Below, piece by piece: positions 20,348 through 30,733 of a DNA stretch of 64,000 nucleotides. The DNA comes from Christensenellaceae bacterium (lineage in GTDB: Bacteria; Bacillota; Clostridia; Christensenellales; DTU072). The stretch lies in NCBI GenBank assembly GCA_031259085.1, contig JAIRMA010000058.1, positions 1,628 to 65,627 of the forward strand. The letters run 5' to 3'. The position numbers and the translations under genes were made by a program. Position 1 is the stretch's first letter. Each line of letters begins with the position of its first letter. The notes below the pieces were generated by a model, which did not search any database, was not told the origin of the DNA, and saw only the letters and a program-made list of their open reading frames with translations.

Positions 20348-21355
20348 ATGAGTCAGTATAATATTGCCATTGTGGGGGCCACTGGAATGGTGGGTGCAAC
20401 ATTTTTAAAAGTGCTAGCTGAGCGGAAGTTGCCATGCGCTAATTATTACCTCTATGCCTCAGAGAAATCTGAGGGCAAAAAGATTGGATTTTTGGGAAAT
20501 GAATATACTGTAATTGCTCTGAAAGATGAAAATATTACGGACAAAAAGATCCATATTGCTTTGTTTTCAGCAGGGGCTAATGTGTCTGAAATGTACGCAC
20601 CATTGTTTGTAAAACATGGAGCTGTCGTAATTGATAATAGTAGTAAGTGGCGTACTGATCCTGATATTCCATTAGTTGTACCAGAAGTGAACGGGGGCGA
20701 TGCATTAAAGCATAATGGTATTATAGCTAATCCTAATTGTAGTACTATACAAGCAGTTGTAGCAATAAAGCCTTTATATGATAAGTACGGAGTAAAACGT
20801 ATTGTGTATAGCACGTATCAAGCTGTGTCTGGGGCTGGCGTTTTAGGATATAATGATCTTAAAAATGGTGCTATTGGTTTACCTCCACAGAAGTTTATTT
20901 ATCCTATTTATGGAAACGTAATACCACAAATAGATGTATTCACACAAGACGGATACACAAAAGAAGAAGTCAAAATGATTTTTGAAACAAAAAAAATACT
21001 CAATGATTTCGATTTGAAGGTCACTGCAACTACTGTTCGCGTTCCTGTCTTTCACGGGCATAGTGAAAGTATAAACATTGAATTTAAGAAGCCCTCAAAT
21101 AAGGCTGGTATTTTAGAGGCCTTGAGAAATGCCGATGGGGTTAAGGTTATTGATGATTTGGAGAATTCTAAGTATCCAATGCCTCTATATGCTGAAGGCA
21201 GTGACGATGTCTATGTTGGTAGAATACGTGAAGATGACACAGTAGACTCTGGATGTAACATTTGGGTTGTGGCCGATAACATTAGAAAGGGAGCGGCGAC
21301 TAACGCAGTTCAAATTGCAGAATATTTAATTGAACATGGAGGTGTTAATTTATGA
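20348..21355 (+). CDS. asd: Aspartate-semialdehyde dehydrogenase
   Basis: 335 aa with GATGMVG and the NPNCSTIQ active-site Cys. Confidence 0.9.
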   Translation: MSQYNIAIVGATGMVGATFLKVLAERKLPCANYYLYASEKSEGKKIGFLGNEYTVIALKDENITDKKIHIALFSAGANVSEMYAPLFVKHGAVVIDNSSKWRTDPDIPLVVPEVNGGDALKHNGIIANPNCSTIQAVVAIKPLYDKYGVKRIVYSTYQAVSGAGVLGYNDLKNGAIGLPPQKFIYPIYGNVIPQIDVFTQDGYTKEEVKMIFETKKILNDFDLKVTATTVRVPVFHGHSESINIEFKKPSNKAGILEALRNADGVKVIDDLENSKYPMPLYAEGSDDVYVGRIREDDTVDSGCNIWVVADNIRKGAATNAVQIAEYLIEHGGVNL

Positions 21356-22233
21356 GTATTTTCAAAGGAGCTGCGACTGCATTAATAACACCTTTTAAAG
21401 CTAATGACAAAGTGGATTTTGAGGCGCTTGAAAATCTTGTTAATTTCCAGATTGATAACGGAATTAATGCTTTGGTCGTTGCTGGAACTACTGGTGAACC
21501 TACTACAATGACTCACGCCGAGCGAACAGCTGTTGAGCGCTTTGTTCTTGAATGTACAAAATCACGCGTCCCTATTATCATAGGGGCTGGGAGTAATAAT
21601 ACGCATACTGCAGTTGAATATGCAAAAGAAGCCGAGGACTTAGGCGCTACTGCTGTATTAGTAGTAACACCTTATTATAATAAATGCACACAGGACGGGT
21701 TAATAGCACATTATACAGCAGTAGCACGGAGCATATCCATACCAGTCATTTTATATAATGTCCCAGGGCGCACGGGTGTAAATATTAATCCTGAAACTGC
21801 GGTATCATTATCAAGTATTAATAATATAGTAGCTATTAAAGAAGCATCTGGTAAGCTTGATCAATTCATGAGTCTGGCTCCATTAATCGAAAACAGAATG
21901 GATCTTTATAGTGGCGATGATGGGTTAATCTATCCACTGCTGACACTTGGTGGGATTGGGGTCATAAGTGTTGCCTCTAATATCATACCAAAATTTATTT
22001 CGGATTTAGTTAATGCTTACTTTGACAATAATCATACACTCTGTAGACAAATGCAATTTAAACTAAACCCATTGGTCTCCGCCCTATTCTCAGAAGTTAA
22101 TCCGATCCCTGTGAAGTGTGCGGCAAAATTATTAGGGCTTTGTGATGATTATATGCGATTGCCCTTAACTAAACATACAAAAACAGAGGCACTTAAAAAA
22201 GCACTGGTCGATTTTGGACTTAAGATAAGATAA
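21352..22233 (+). CDS. dapA: 4-hydroxy-tetrahydrodipicolinate synthase
   Basis: 293 aa with AGTTGE and IKEASG (Schiff-base Lys). ATGA overlap with asd. Confidence 0.9.
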   Translation: MSIFKGAATALITPFKANDKVDFEALENLVNFQIDNGINALVVAGTTGEPTTMTHAERTAVERFVLECTKSRVPIIIGAGSNNTHTAVEYAKEAEDLGATAVLVVTPYYNKCTQDGLIAHYTAVARSISIPVILYNVPGRTGVNINPETAVSLSSINNIVAIKEASGKLDQFMSLAPLIENRMDLYSGDDGLIYPLLTLGGIGVISVASNIIPKFISDLVNAYFDNNHTLCRQMQFKLNPLVSALFSEVNPIPVKCAAKLLGLCDDYMRLPLTKHTKTEALKKALVDFGLKIR

Positions 22234-22252
22234 CTTGAGAGGATTATACTTA

Positions 22253-23002
22253 ATGGACGTACTTGTTTATGGTATTGGCGGTAAAATGGGAAAAACACTC
22301 CTTACCTCCATTCAAAATACTGAGGATGTGAACGCGGTATGTGGGATAGATGTCTTTGCAGATCCAGGTGCTTTTAATATTCCTGTATATAAAAGCATCA
22401 ATCAAGCAAAAGAACATTTTGATTGTATTATTGATTTTTCTGTGCATGAGGCTGTATTTGATATTCTACCATATGCAATATCGAAAAAAATCCCATGCGT
22501 GCTAGCAACTACTGGATATAATGAACATGAGCTACAGCTCATAGACACAGCATCGAAATCTATTGCTATCTTTAAAACTGGTAATATGTCCATTGGTATA
22601 AATGTGCTCTCAAAACTAGCACAAGCGGCCGCTACTATGATGAGAACTGCCGACACAGAGATAATTGAGATGCATCATAATCAGAAAATTGATGCCCCAT
22701 CAGGTACTGCTTTAATGTTACTAGATTCAATAGAAAAGGCCCGAGGCAAATCAAAGCATGTTTTTGGACGTAATGGATTAACAGGGACACGCTCTACTAA
22801 TGAGATTTGTGTGCATGCAGTCCGTGGGGGCACTGTAATAGGAAAACATTCAGTTATGTTTATGCTGAATAATGAGGTAATAACTTTAACACATGAAGCC
22901 GAGAGCAAAACTGTTTTTGCCAATGGTTCAATTAATGCCGCTCGGTTTTTAATACAAAAACCAGCTGGATTATATGAGATGAATGACTTATTGCAAGAGT
23001 GA
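22253..23002 (+). CDS. dapB: 4-hydroxy-tetrahydrodipicolinate reductase
   Basis: Start placed at the ATG at 22253 (GAGAGGA RBS). GIGGKMGK and EMHHNQKIDAPSGTA motifs. Confidence 0.9.
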   Translation: MDVLVYGIGGKMGKTLLTSIQNTEDVNAVCGIDVFADPGAFNIPVYKSINQAKEHFDCIIDFSVHEAVFDILPYAISKKIPCVLATTGYNEHELQLIDTASKSIAIFKTGNMSIGINVLSKLAQAAATMMRTADTEIIEMHHNQKIDAPSGTALMLLDSIEKARGKSKHVFGRNGLTGTRSTNEICVHAVRGGTVIGKHSVMFMLNNEVITLTHEAESKTVFANGSINAARFLIQKPAGLYEMNDLLQE

Positions 23003-23069
23003 TCATGAATAGTTTGTATTAAGGAGTAGAAAAACGAAAAGAATTTTTTTATCAGATAAAAGCGGCACA

Positions 23070-24032
23070 ATGACCCCACTAATTGAGAATTATTATTATG
23101 AGTCAGAAATGCCGGAAATTTTATTAAACTACAGATTGTCACAAAAAATAATAGAGACATGCGATTTCGTAATATGCTATGCAGATGATTATGACAGAGC
23201 TGGTTTTACTCCAAAATATACAAAACTTCCGCCGATTATAGTAGTAGGGCATGAAAAATCTGCCTCATATATCTCCAATATATTAGAAAATGGAGTTTTT
23301 GATTACCTTTCGTCCCCAGTTAATCCTGGGGCTTTGATCTCTGTACTTTGCCGCGTAGAGAGGTTTTTATCACGCGGCTTTATTTGGGATCCTGATTATA
23401 ATTACCCTTACGATAGAGAGACTGCAATACTTAGATACATACAAACTGATGATCCTAGCCTTATTGATTTATTATGCGAAACACTTACCCAAATGGATTC
23501 ATCCTACACTGATCCCGCTAAAAAAAGATTTGCTCTTACAAAATTCTTTAGTAATATTATTAATGCCATCTATGTCACGAAGGATTGGCTTTCATTATAT
23601 CTATCCAAAGAATCGATCTTTGACACCCCAGTATATGTTAAAAATCCATCCGACATGATCCCATTTTTTCAAACACTCTTTAAGGGTATTAATTCAATGC
23701 AAAGAACTAAGGTATGCGAAATATCTAATTATGTCTTGCGCAACCCAGAAAACGATTTATCGCTGCCTATTGTTGCAGGCTTGTTTTATTATAACCCTAG
23801 TTATCTTTCATACCGTTTTAAAAACTACACGGGTGAACATTATAATTCTTACGTTGTGTTTGTAAAACTATGTAGAGCGGATTTTTTAATGCGCTATAAG
23901 CACTTAGGTATTTCAATGGTGTCAATGCGCCTTGACTATACTGATTCTAAGCATTTTGCTACACTATATAAAAAGTTTGAATCTCCGTTTGCAAACATCA
24001 GTTTGAGATCAACAAGTACTATTGAATCCTAA
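23070..24032 (+). CDS. AraC-family transcriptional regulator with a degenerate receiver-like N-terminal domain
   Basis: C-terminal part has the AraC HTH pattern (YLSYRFKNYTGEHYNSYVVFVKLCRADFLM...DSKHFATLYKKF). N-terminal part is CheY-like (PPIIVVGHEKSASY...GVFDYLSSPVNP) but lacks the N-terminal acidic pair. Confidence 0.6.
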   Translation: MTPLIENYYYESEMPEILLNYRLSQKIIETCDFVICYADDYDRAGFTPKYTKLPPIIVVGHEKSASYISNILENGVFDYLSSPVNPGALISVLCRVERFLSRGFIWDPDYNYPYDRETAILRYIQTDDPSLIDLLCETLTQMDSSYTDPAKKRFALTKFFSNIINAIYVTKDWLSLYLSKESIFDTPVYVKNPSDMIPFFQTLFKGINSMQRTKVCEISNYVLRNPENDLSLPIVAGLFYYNPSYLSYRFKNYTGEHYNSYVVFVKLCRADFLMRYKHLGISMVSMRLDYTDSKHFATLYKKFESPFANISLRSTSTIES

Positions 24033-24090
24033 TGTTGATTGAGAGTCAAAATAACTAATTAATCTGATTAGATGATTAACCTGTTGAAAA

Positions 24091-24693
24091 TTATTTTCCT
24101 CTTTTAATAAAATCTAATTCAAATCTAAATTTGCCGTCCCGTCTGCCAATAACGTAGCTAACTATAACACGCCCTATTATATTATCTAATAATCCCACTA
24201 ATTCATTTTTTCTACTGTCCGTTGAATTCCTTCTGTTATCACCCATGAAAAAAAACTCGCCTTCCTTTACCGTTGTTTTTTCGGATGTTGATCCACCTTG
24301 ATTTTCACTAGCTAAATATGGTTCATCGAATAAAATATTATTAACGTACGTCTCGTATTTATTGATATCCCTATTATATACTACTTCAACAGTATCCCCT
24401 GGCAAGCCAATGATCCTTTTAACCCAATATTTTTCTTCAGTTTCTAAATATGATAGTGGGGATTCAAAGACAACTATATCTCCTCTCTCATATTTTCCTA
24501 ATTTATACACAACTACAGAATCATTATCCTCTAAAGTGTTTAGCATTGATGTACCATCAATTACTACACTTTGAAAAAGCAAATTGGTCAAAATAAAGGC
24601 AACTAGCATGCAGAGAAATACAAACAATAAATTGACTACTATGATTTTTGCTGTTGTGTATCGTCTTTTTTGTGATATAGTTTCATTTCCCAT
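24091..24693 (-). CDS. lepB: Signal peptidase I
   Basis: 200 aa with an N-terminal TM, GTSMLNTL (Ser), KRIIGLPGD (Lys) and GDNRRNSTDSR. Confidence 0.9.
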   Translation of the reverse strand: MGNETISQKRRYTTAKIIVVNLLFVFLCMLVAFILTNLLFQSVVIDGTSMLNTLEDNDSVVVYKLGKYERGDIVVFESPLSYLETEEKYWVKRIIGLPGDTVEVVYNRDINKYETYVNNILFDEPYLASENQGGSTSEKTTVKEGEFFFMGDNRRNSTDSRKNELVGLLDNIIGRVIVSYVIGRRDGKFRFELDFIKRGK

Positions 24694-24748
24694 GTAAAAC
24701 TAATCTCCACCACAATAAATAATAATCCCTTTTTCGCGCATATAATTT

Positions 24749-25369
24749 TCAGTCACGCTGAAATACTTCATAATCAAATTTAGTCTTCCCATTTTCATCT
24801 TTTGTCATGGAATATCTTAGTAACACTCTCCCTTTTATAACATCTCTAGAAAAAGTACCCATCCTGTTTCCAGCTCTGCTATCATACGAATCAATACGAT
24901 TATCCCCCATATAAAAGAATTCTCCTGTAGCTAGTTTTGTTCTTTTTACTTCTCTATAATTTATTGTGTCTGATTTAGTTACATATGGTTCGTCTATTTC
25001 TACATCGTTTACTTTAGTTACCATCCTATCTCCTAACCGCAAAACCTCAATATAGTCACCAGGCAAAGCTATTATTCTCTTAACTAAATATTCTGTTACA
25101 TATGGATTGTTAATTGTTGCAGGTGACTCGAAAATGATTATATCTCCCCTTTTATAACTACTAAATTTAAAGAGTATTACATAATCATTGTCTTGCAATG
25201 TTTCTAGCATTGACGTACCTGATATTGCCATAGTTTCTATGCTTGAATTTAAAATTGTAGAAAAAAATATCGAAAAGAAAAATGTAACTAGTAATATTAT
25301 AACGACCTTATATAAATCAAGGCTTTCTTTCTTATCAGTTTTATTAATATAAAGTAACTTGTTGTTCAT
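24749..25369 (-). CDS. lepB: Signal peptidase I (second paralog)
   Basis: 206 aa with an N-terminal TM, GTSMLETL, KRIIALPGD and GDNRIDSYDSR. Confidence 0.9.
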   Translation of the reverse strand: MNNKLLYINKTDKKESLDLYKVVIILLVTFFFSIFFSTILNSSIETMAISGTSMLETLQDNDYVILFKFSSYKRGDIIIFESPATINNPYVTEYLVKRIIALPGDYIEVLRLGDRMVTKVNDVEIDEPYVTKSDTINYREVKRTKLATGEFFYMGDNRIDSYDSRAGNRMGTFSRDVIKGRVLLRYSMTKDENGKTKFDYEVFQRD

Positions 25370-25393
25370 GATTTACTATTACTTATCTCCTAA

Positions 25394-27058
25394 TTATATA
25401 AACAAAATATTGCCTATTATTGTATTCCCCCCAACAATTTCTAAAGCTCTTACATTTGACCACATAGTTAATGGCATGTAATTATTATCTTTGAAATCTG
25501 TCTTTCTTAGTTGCAAACTTATAAAAAAACCTTTGCTATCTTGTAAATAAATCTCTGCATTATATTTTTTAACACCGTCTCCATCTTTACAAATTAAAGT
25601 CCCACGTACATTACAAGACTCTTCTGTAAATATTTCAATCTGTAACAAGCAGTCTTCTATATCAGTCGAAGTCCCCCAATGATAATTCCTTACCCCATCA
25701 TCTGTGCAAGCAATGCCCCTAGCCCCAGATATTGTAGAGATCATATTTATTCTGTGCCTTAATAAAACCTCTTCATTGCAATTCTCCACAAATGCAGCAT
25801 CTCCTGATTGCGTTGAATAAATAATTCGTGATGAAATCTGAGTTATTGGTTTAACAGGTTGCCCCGCTAGCTCAATATATTTTTCAAGAGATGTTAAAGT
25901 TATTCCACCTATATATTCTACTTCAGCAAAAACAAAAAGTGGAGCCAGCTCATTCGTTACTTCTATTGTTGAGATGAATTCATTACTTGAGATTTTTATT
26001 CCATCTTTTTTTTGCCAATCCCTTATAGCATGATTATATTCACCATAACTATAATATATATTCGCACTCAAGGCTTTTGTATTTTCATCGCTCGCTATAT
26101 TTGCATAAATCTTTCCATCATCATTTACATTGACCGAAATAGATGGTATAGATGGAAATTTGTCCCCAGCTAGAATCATTTTAAACCATGTTTTCAATGT
26201 GCTAAATGCCTTTGGGAAAATGTAATCACTTGCTTTTGGGCTAAATGATACATATGTACTCTCTGTAGGCAGTAGCGCCACTAAATTATTAATTCTATCT
26301 ATATCACTGCGCTCGCCATTTGTGCCTATTGCAATGAAAGTAGGCACGGTTATAAGTTTTGCGTATGCAGCAGACGCAACGCCCGACAACCAACATACTG
26401 TTTCATCGGTCATCTCTAATTCTTTGCATTCGCCGTATTTATTTAACTTTATATATTCCCTATACCCGCTCCCGTTTATACAAGCTAAAGCCATAATTTC
26501 GGCACCAGAGCCTGCGGTTTGCATCGCCACTTCAACAGCATCTCCTAAGCCTATTAATAAAACTTGTGGTGTAGGTAGAATATCATTTAAAAAGACCAAA
26601 GACCTTCTCATTATGACACTATACAAGTATTGACAGGTTTCTTTTGCAGTTGGCATAACAGTGCGAATATGATCCCCAGCTCGCTCATACTTCCCATATT
26701 CATATTCTGCAGGGTATTGTGTCTGTGGTTCGTCGTTACCTGCCATATCTGGCACTATTACTATGAAGCCATCTAATACTAATCCATTTATTAGATCTCT
26801 CGATGGCATTCTATGGTATTCAGGTGTTATTAACACAACTGGTGCATTTGGATTGTATTGAGCCTGTAGTGAGTATTTTTTTGCAACAACAACAAGCTTT
26901 CCACTTTGTGCACTGAGCGCTACAAACGCATATGTTGATATCTCTATCTCATCATCACTAACTTTATCCATTAATTCAGTTTCAAGTGGAATAGCAGTTG
27001 GATCGTAATTTTGCCAAATGGCATTCGGTAATAATATGTTGTACTTCATATTATGCAT
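25394..27058 (-). CDS. Hypothetical protein: alpha/beta-hydrolase-like N-terminal half plus beta-rich C-terminal half
   Basis: 554-aa ORF. The N-terminal half resembles the AXE1/dienelactone-hydrolase layout (PVVLITPEY..., DGFIVIVPDMAGND), but GLGDA stands where GxSxG is expected. The start may be the ATG at 27049 (GGTGGA RBS). Confidence 0.5.
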   Translation of the reverse strand: MHNMKYNILLPNAIWQNYDPTAIPLETELMDKVSDDEIEISTYAFVALSAQSGKLVVVAKKYSLQAQYNPNAPVVLITPEYHRMPSRDLINGLVLDGFIVIVPDMAGNDEPQTQYPAEYEYGKYERAGDHIRTVMPTAKETCQYLYSVIMRRSLVFLNDILPTPQVLLIGLGDAVEVAMQTAGSGAEIMALACINGSGYREYIKLNKYGECKELEMTDETVCWLSGVASAAYAKLITVPTFIAIGTNGERSDIDRINNLVALLPTESTYVSFSPKASDYIFPKAFSTLKTWFKMILAGDKFPSIPSISVNVNDDGKIYANIASDENTKALSANIYYSYGEYNHAIRDWQKKDGIKISSNEFISTIEVTNELAPLFVFAEVEYIGGITLTSLEKYIELAGQPVKPITQISSRIIYSTQSGDAAFVENCNEEVLLRHRINMISTISGARGIACTDDGVRNYHWGTSTDIEDCLLQIEIFTEESCNVRGTLICKDGDGVKKYNAEIYLQDSKGFFISLQLRKTDFKDNNYMPLTMWSNVRALEIVGGNTIIGNILFI

Positions 27059-27314
27059 CCACCATCAACATTCTATCCTTCTCCTTTAATAAACCTGGAT
27101 ATCCTAAATCATTTTTATTAACATATAGATCATAAAAGACAAATCTCCCATATGACTCATTTATATGTGTTTTAAACATGGATTTAAAGTTACTAAGGAA
27201 AATTATTGGCTTATGTGTTTTACCCATAGTTAATAATCGCCCTGCATTTTTAGTATTTAGCCCTGTCCCTAGTTCTAAATCTTTTACAGTGTGGTAACTA
27301 TTATGTTTTTTCAC
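27051..27314 (-). CDS. Hypothetical small protein
   Basis: 87 aa with a GTG start preceded by a strong GGGAGGA RBS. Its stop is juxtaposed with the start of the 554-aa ORF. Confidence 0.45.
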   Translation of the reverse strand: MKKHNSYHTVKDLELGTGLNTKNAGRLLTMGKTHKPIIFLSNFKSMFKTHINESYGRFVFYDLYVNKNDLGYPGLLKEKDRMLMVDA

Positions 27315-27495
27315 CTCTTAATCCTCCCTTTGCTAACAGCCAGTTTATTAGCGTCTAGCGGCTTTATTATCTTCATGCGATAATTGTATCGGCCTTTTTA
27401 AGGTTTAAAGACAATTAATTATCTTCTTTAATTAAAACACTACGATAAAGTCAATAGTGCACTTTCCTGGCATTAATAGATTTAACTATCAAGCT

Positions 27496-30183
27496 TTAAT
27501 CATTCGTATTTAATACCGCGGCCTTATTTTTCCTCTCAATAAGTCTGACTATTGCTTTTTGAACTTCGGCACACGGAATAATTCCAAACGCTGCGACCAA
27601 TGAAATAACCCATCCTTTGACCCCGAGATCTATAGCACTTGCAGCACCAAACATATTAGTACCAACGCCAGGTATTAATAGCACAAGCATTAACATAGCA
27701 GAGCATATTATAAACGCTACATTTAGAGACTTATTGCTAAATGGATTTTCAGATAATAATGATCGATCTGGAAATCTCATATTGTACGAGTGTAATAACT
27801 GTATAAAGCAAAGTGTTATAAATGCCATGGTCATTGCTATGTCTGTGCCTGGGAACAAAACATATTTGCCTATACAAAAGCTAATCATTATCAAGCCAGT
27901 CTGCATCAAGCCTTGTATTAATATAGCCTTCCCTGTTTTGCCAGCTAGAAGACCTTCTCCTGTTTTTCTAGGCGGCTGATCCATAATATCTCGATCTGCC
28001 TTTTCCATGCCAAGAGCAAGGGCTGGCAGGCTGTCTGTTACTAAGTTTACCCATAAAATCATAACTGGTGTTAGGAAACTAACGTTTAGAAATAGGGTTG
28101 CTATAAACAAACATAATACTTCGGCAATATTTGCTGACAACAAATATTGAATTGCTTTTTTAATGTTACCATATACCTTGCGACCTTCTTCAATGGCAGT
28201 TATTATTGTTGCAAAATTATCATCAGCTAAGACTACGTCACTAGCACCCTTGCTAACATCGGTACCAGTAATGCCCATCCCGATGCCAATATCTGCGGCT
28301 TTGATACCAGGCGCGTCATTTACACCATCACCTGTCATAGCAACTTTTTTGCCAATTGCTTGATAAGCCTTAACTATTCTTACCTTATTCTCTGGGCTTA
28401 CTCTAGCAAAAACACAATAATTATCAAGGCCCTCCGCCATTTCCTCATCACTAAGCTTGTCAAGCTCAGCTCCTGTCATTATAATGCCATCTTTCGTTAA
28501 AATTCCTATGTCTAAAGCGATCGCTTTTGCCGTTGCGGCATGATCCCCAGTTATCATTATAGGCTTCATCCCCGCGCGCCTACATTTTTTTACAGCATCT
28601 TTTACCTCTGCTCGAGGTGGATCAATCATTCCAACCAAGCCCACAAAAATCATATCTTTTTCTGTGTTTTCCTTGTCTAGATTTTCAAATTTTATAGCTG
28701 CGCCTAATATCCTTAGGGCCTTGCCCGCCATTTCCGCATTCGCATCTAGTATTGTCGCCTTATCATTATCTGATATCTCTCTTATTATATCTCCATCTAG
28801 TATTTTAGAACATTTATCCAATAATATGTCAGGAGCGCCCTTTATATGAGCTACTTTATCGCCATTGACTATGTTTATTGTTGACATTAACTTTCTTATG
28901 CTATCAAATGGTATTTCATCGACTCTTTGATAAGTACTAGCATCATAGTTTAATCCATCTGTATAAGCAACAAGCGCAGTCTCCGTAGGATCTCCTTGTA
29001 ATTTATCATTCTCACGTCTTGTGTCATTACAGAGCGCAATACAGCGTAATAAAACATTAACATCAGAAGTTAAAGTTTCTTCTCCAGCTAAGATATTCCC
29101 GGCATCTTTTGTGTATATTTCTTTAACAGTCATCTTATTTAATGTAAGCGTTCCCGTTTTGTCAGAACATATAATCTCACAGCAACCTAATGTTTCTACA
29201 GCTGGTAAATTTCTCACGATAGCATTCTTTTCACTCATCCGCCTAACACCAATCGCTAGCACTATTGTGACGACTGCTGGCAACCCTTCTGGGATTGCAG
29301 CAACCGCAATCGCGACAGCTGTCATAAATGCGATACCAAAAATATCACTAAAAGGATTATTGTTAGTAATCCCCCTAACAAATGCGACCACAAATATTAT
29401 GGTTGCTATTACTAATACTAACAAACTGAGTGTCTTTGCTGTTTTTGATAATTGTATTTGGAGGGGGGTTTGGGAATCGTCTTTTTCATTTAACATGCCC
29501 GCTATTTTCCCAACTTCACTGTTCATTCCAGTAGCTACAGCAATTCCTGCGCCTCTCCCAAAATGTATAATCCCTGTACCATAACACATATTGGATCTGT
29601 CCCCTAGGGGCGCATCTTCGTTAGTGATTGCATCTATTCCTTTTTCAGATGGCACTGACTCGCCTGTTAGTGCTGCTTCCTCTACTTTTAAACTGGCGCT
29701 CTCAAATAATCGGATGTCAGCTGGAACCACGTCCCCAGCTTCAAGTATCACTACATCTCCAGGTACAATTTCCTCACTCTTGATTTTCATTGCTCTGTTA
29801 TCTCTTAAAACTTTTGCAAAAGGTTTGTTAAGATTTTTTAGAGCCTCCATGGATGCCTCGGCCTTGCTCTCTTGCACAACACCTATTACAGCGTTAATTA
29901 TAACTATTAATAATATCAATGCGCCTTCTATTAAATCACTATATTGTTTTTCAACAATCGCTAATACAGCTGAGATAACTGAAGCTACAAGTAGGACGAT
30001 AACCATCATATCTTTGAATTGTTTAAAAAACTTTATTAGTAACGAAGTCTTTTCTTCCTCCTTAAGCTGATTTTTACCGTATTTCTCTAGCCGGTTTACA
30101 GCTTCAGCAGTTGTTAAACCACTCCTCGTAGTATTAAGAGCCTCTAAAGCTTCATCAGGTGTTAATGTATATATTGGTTTCAA
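27496..30183 (-). CDS. Calcium-translocating P-type ATPase (P2A/P2B-like)
   Basis: 895 aa with CSDKTGTLT, TGDGVNDAP and about 10 TM helices. TTG start preceded by a GGAGGG RBS. Confidence 0.9.
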   Translation of the reverse strand: MKPIYTLTPDEALEALNTTRSGLTTAEAVNRLEKYGKNQLKEEEKTSLLIKFFKQFKDMMVIVLLVASVISAVLAIVEKQYSDLIEGALILLIVIINAVIGVVQESKAEASMEALKNLNKPFAKVLRDNRAMKIKSEEIVPGDVVILEAGDVVPADIRLFESASLKVEEAALTGESVPSEKGIDAITNEDAPLGDRSNMCYGTGIIHFGRGAGIAVATGMNSEVGKIAGMLNEKDDSQTPLQIQLSKTAKTLSLLVLVIATIIFVVAFVRGITNNNPFSDIFGIAFMTAVAIAVAAIPEGLPAVVTIVLAIGVRRMSEKNAIVRNLPAVETLGCCEIICSDKTGTLTLNKMTVKEIYTKDAGNILAGEETLTSDVNVLLRCIALCNDTRRENDKLQGDPTETALVAYTDGLNYDASTYQRVDEIPFDSIRKLMSTINIVNGDKVAHIKGAPDILLDKCSKILDGDIIREISDNDKATILDANAEMAGKALRILGAAIKFENLDKENTEKDMIFVGLVGMIDPPRAEVKDAVKKCRRAGMKPIMITGDHAATAKAIALDIGILTKDGIIMTGAELDKLSDEEMAEGLDNYCVFARVSPENKVRIVKAYQAIGKKVAMTGDGVNDAPGIKAADIGIGMGITGTDVSKGASDVVLADDNFATIITAIEEGRKVYGNIKKAIQYLLSANIAEVLCLFIATLFLNVSFLTPVMILWVNLVTDSLPALALGMEKADRDIMDQPPRKTGEGLLAGKTGKAILIQGLMQTGLIMISFCIGKYVLFPGTDIAMTMAFITLCFIQLLHSYNMRFPDRSLLSENPFSNKSLNVAFIICSAMLMLVLLIPGVGTNMFGAASAIDLGVKGWVISLVAAFGIIPCAEVQKAIVRLIERKNKAAVLNTND

Positions 30184-30702
30184 AAACTTCCCTCCGAATT
30201 TGAAATTTGCCGCATTCTATATTATATTGTAAAAAACACACATGTGATCCCACAAAATAATCTAATATTGTCTTTACTAAATATCTATTCATTGCATTTT
30301 TTAATAGTTACTCTATCGTTAATATTTATAAGAATCATACAAAAGAAATTTTCTTAACTGCAAATTAGTGTGTTTAATAATTACATATACATTAATAATT
30401 CATAATCACTCAAATTCTAATGTGCCCTACTGTTTCAATACTATTGTAGTTTCTATGATAAGAAGCTCTTATTTATAATTAAGATTGTATTAATCATCCA
30501 TCAACAATAAATTCTAATAGGTAGAACAACTGAAATTGAATCAGCTAAATTACTAACATTTTCTATATTATTATATCATGATACATTAATTTATGCAATA
30601 TAATTTTTGTTAGTGTCAGACTGCCAAATACCAATACACATGTTTGAAAATAACCCTCAAATCAACTTCTAAAAAAATTTTAAAATATTTTTATCTAAAT
30701 GC

Positions 30703-30730
30703 TTGACAAATGATTTTTTTGTGATATAAT
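30703..30730 (+). promoter_or_regulatory. Sigma-A-type promoter with extended -10, for hsp20
   Basis: TTGACA (30703-30708), 16-nt spacer, TGATATAAT (extended -10, TATAAT at 30725-30730). Confidence 0.6.
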
Positions 30731-30733
30731 TAA

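Noticed and set aside
20250-20435. A 61-aa minus-strand ORF overlapping the asd promoter and start.
   Set aside because: It is antisense to a well-supported gene and promoter and shows no coding signal.
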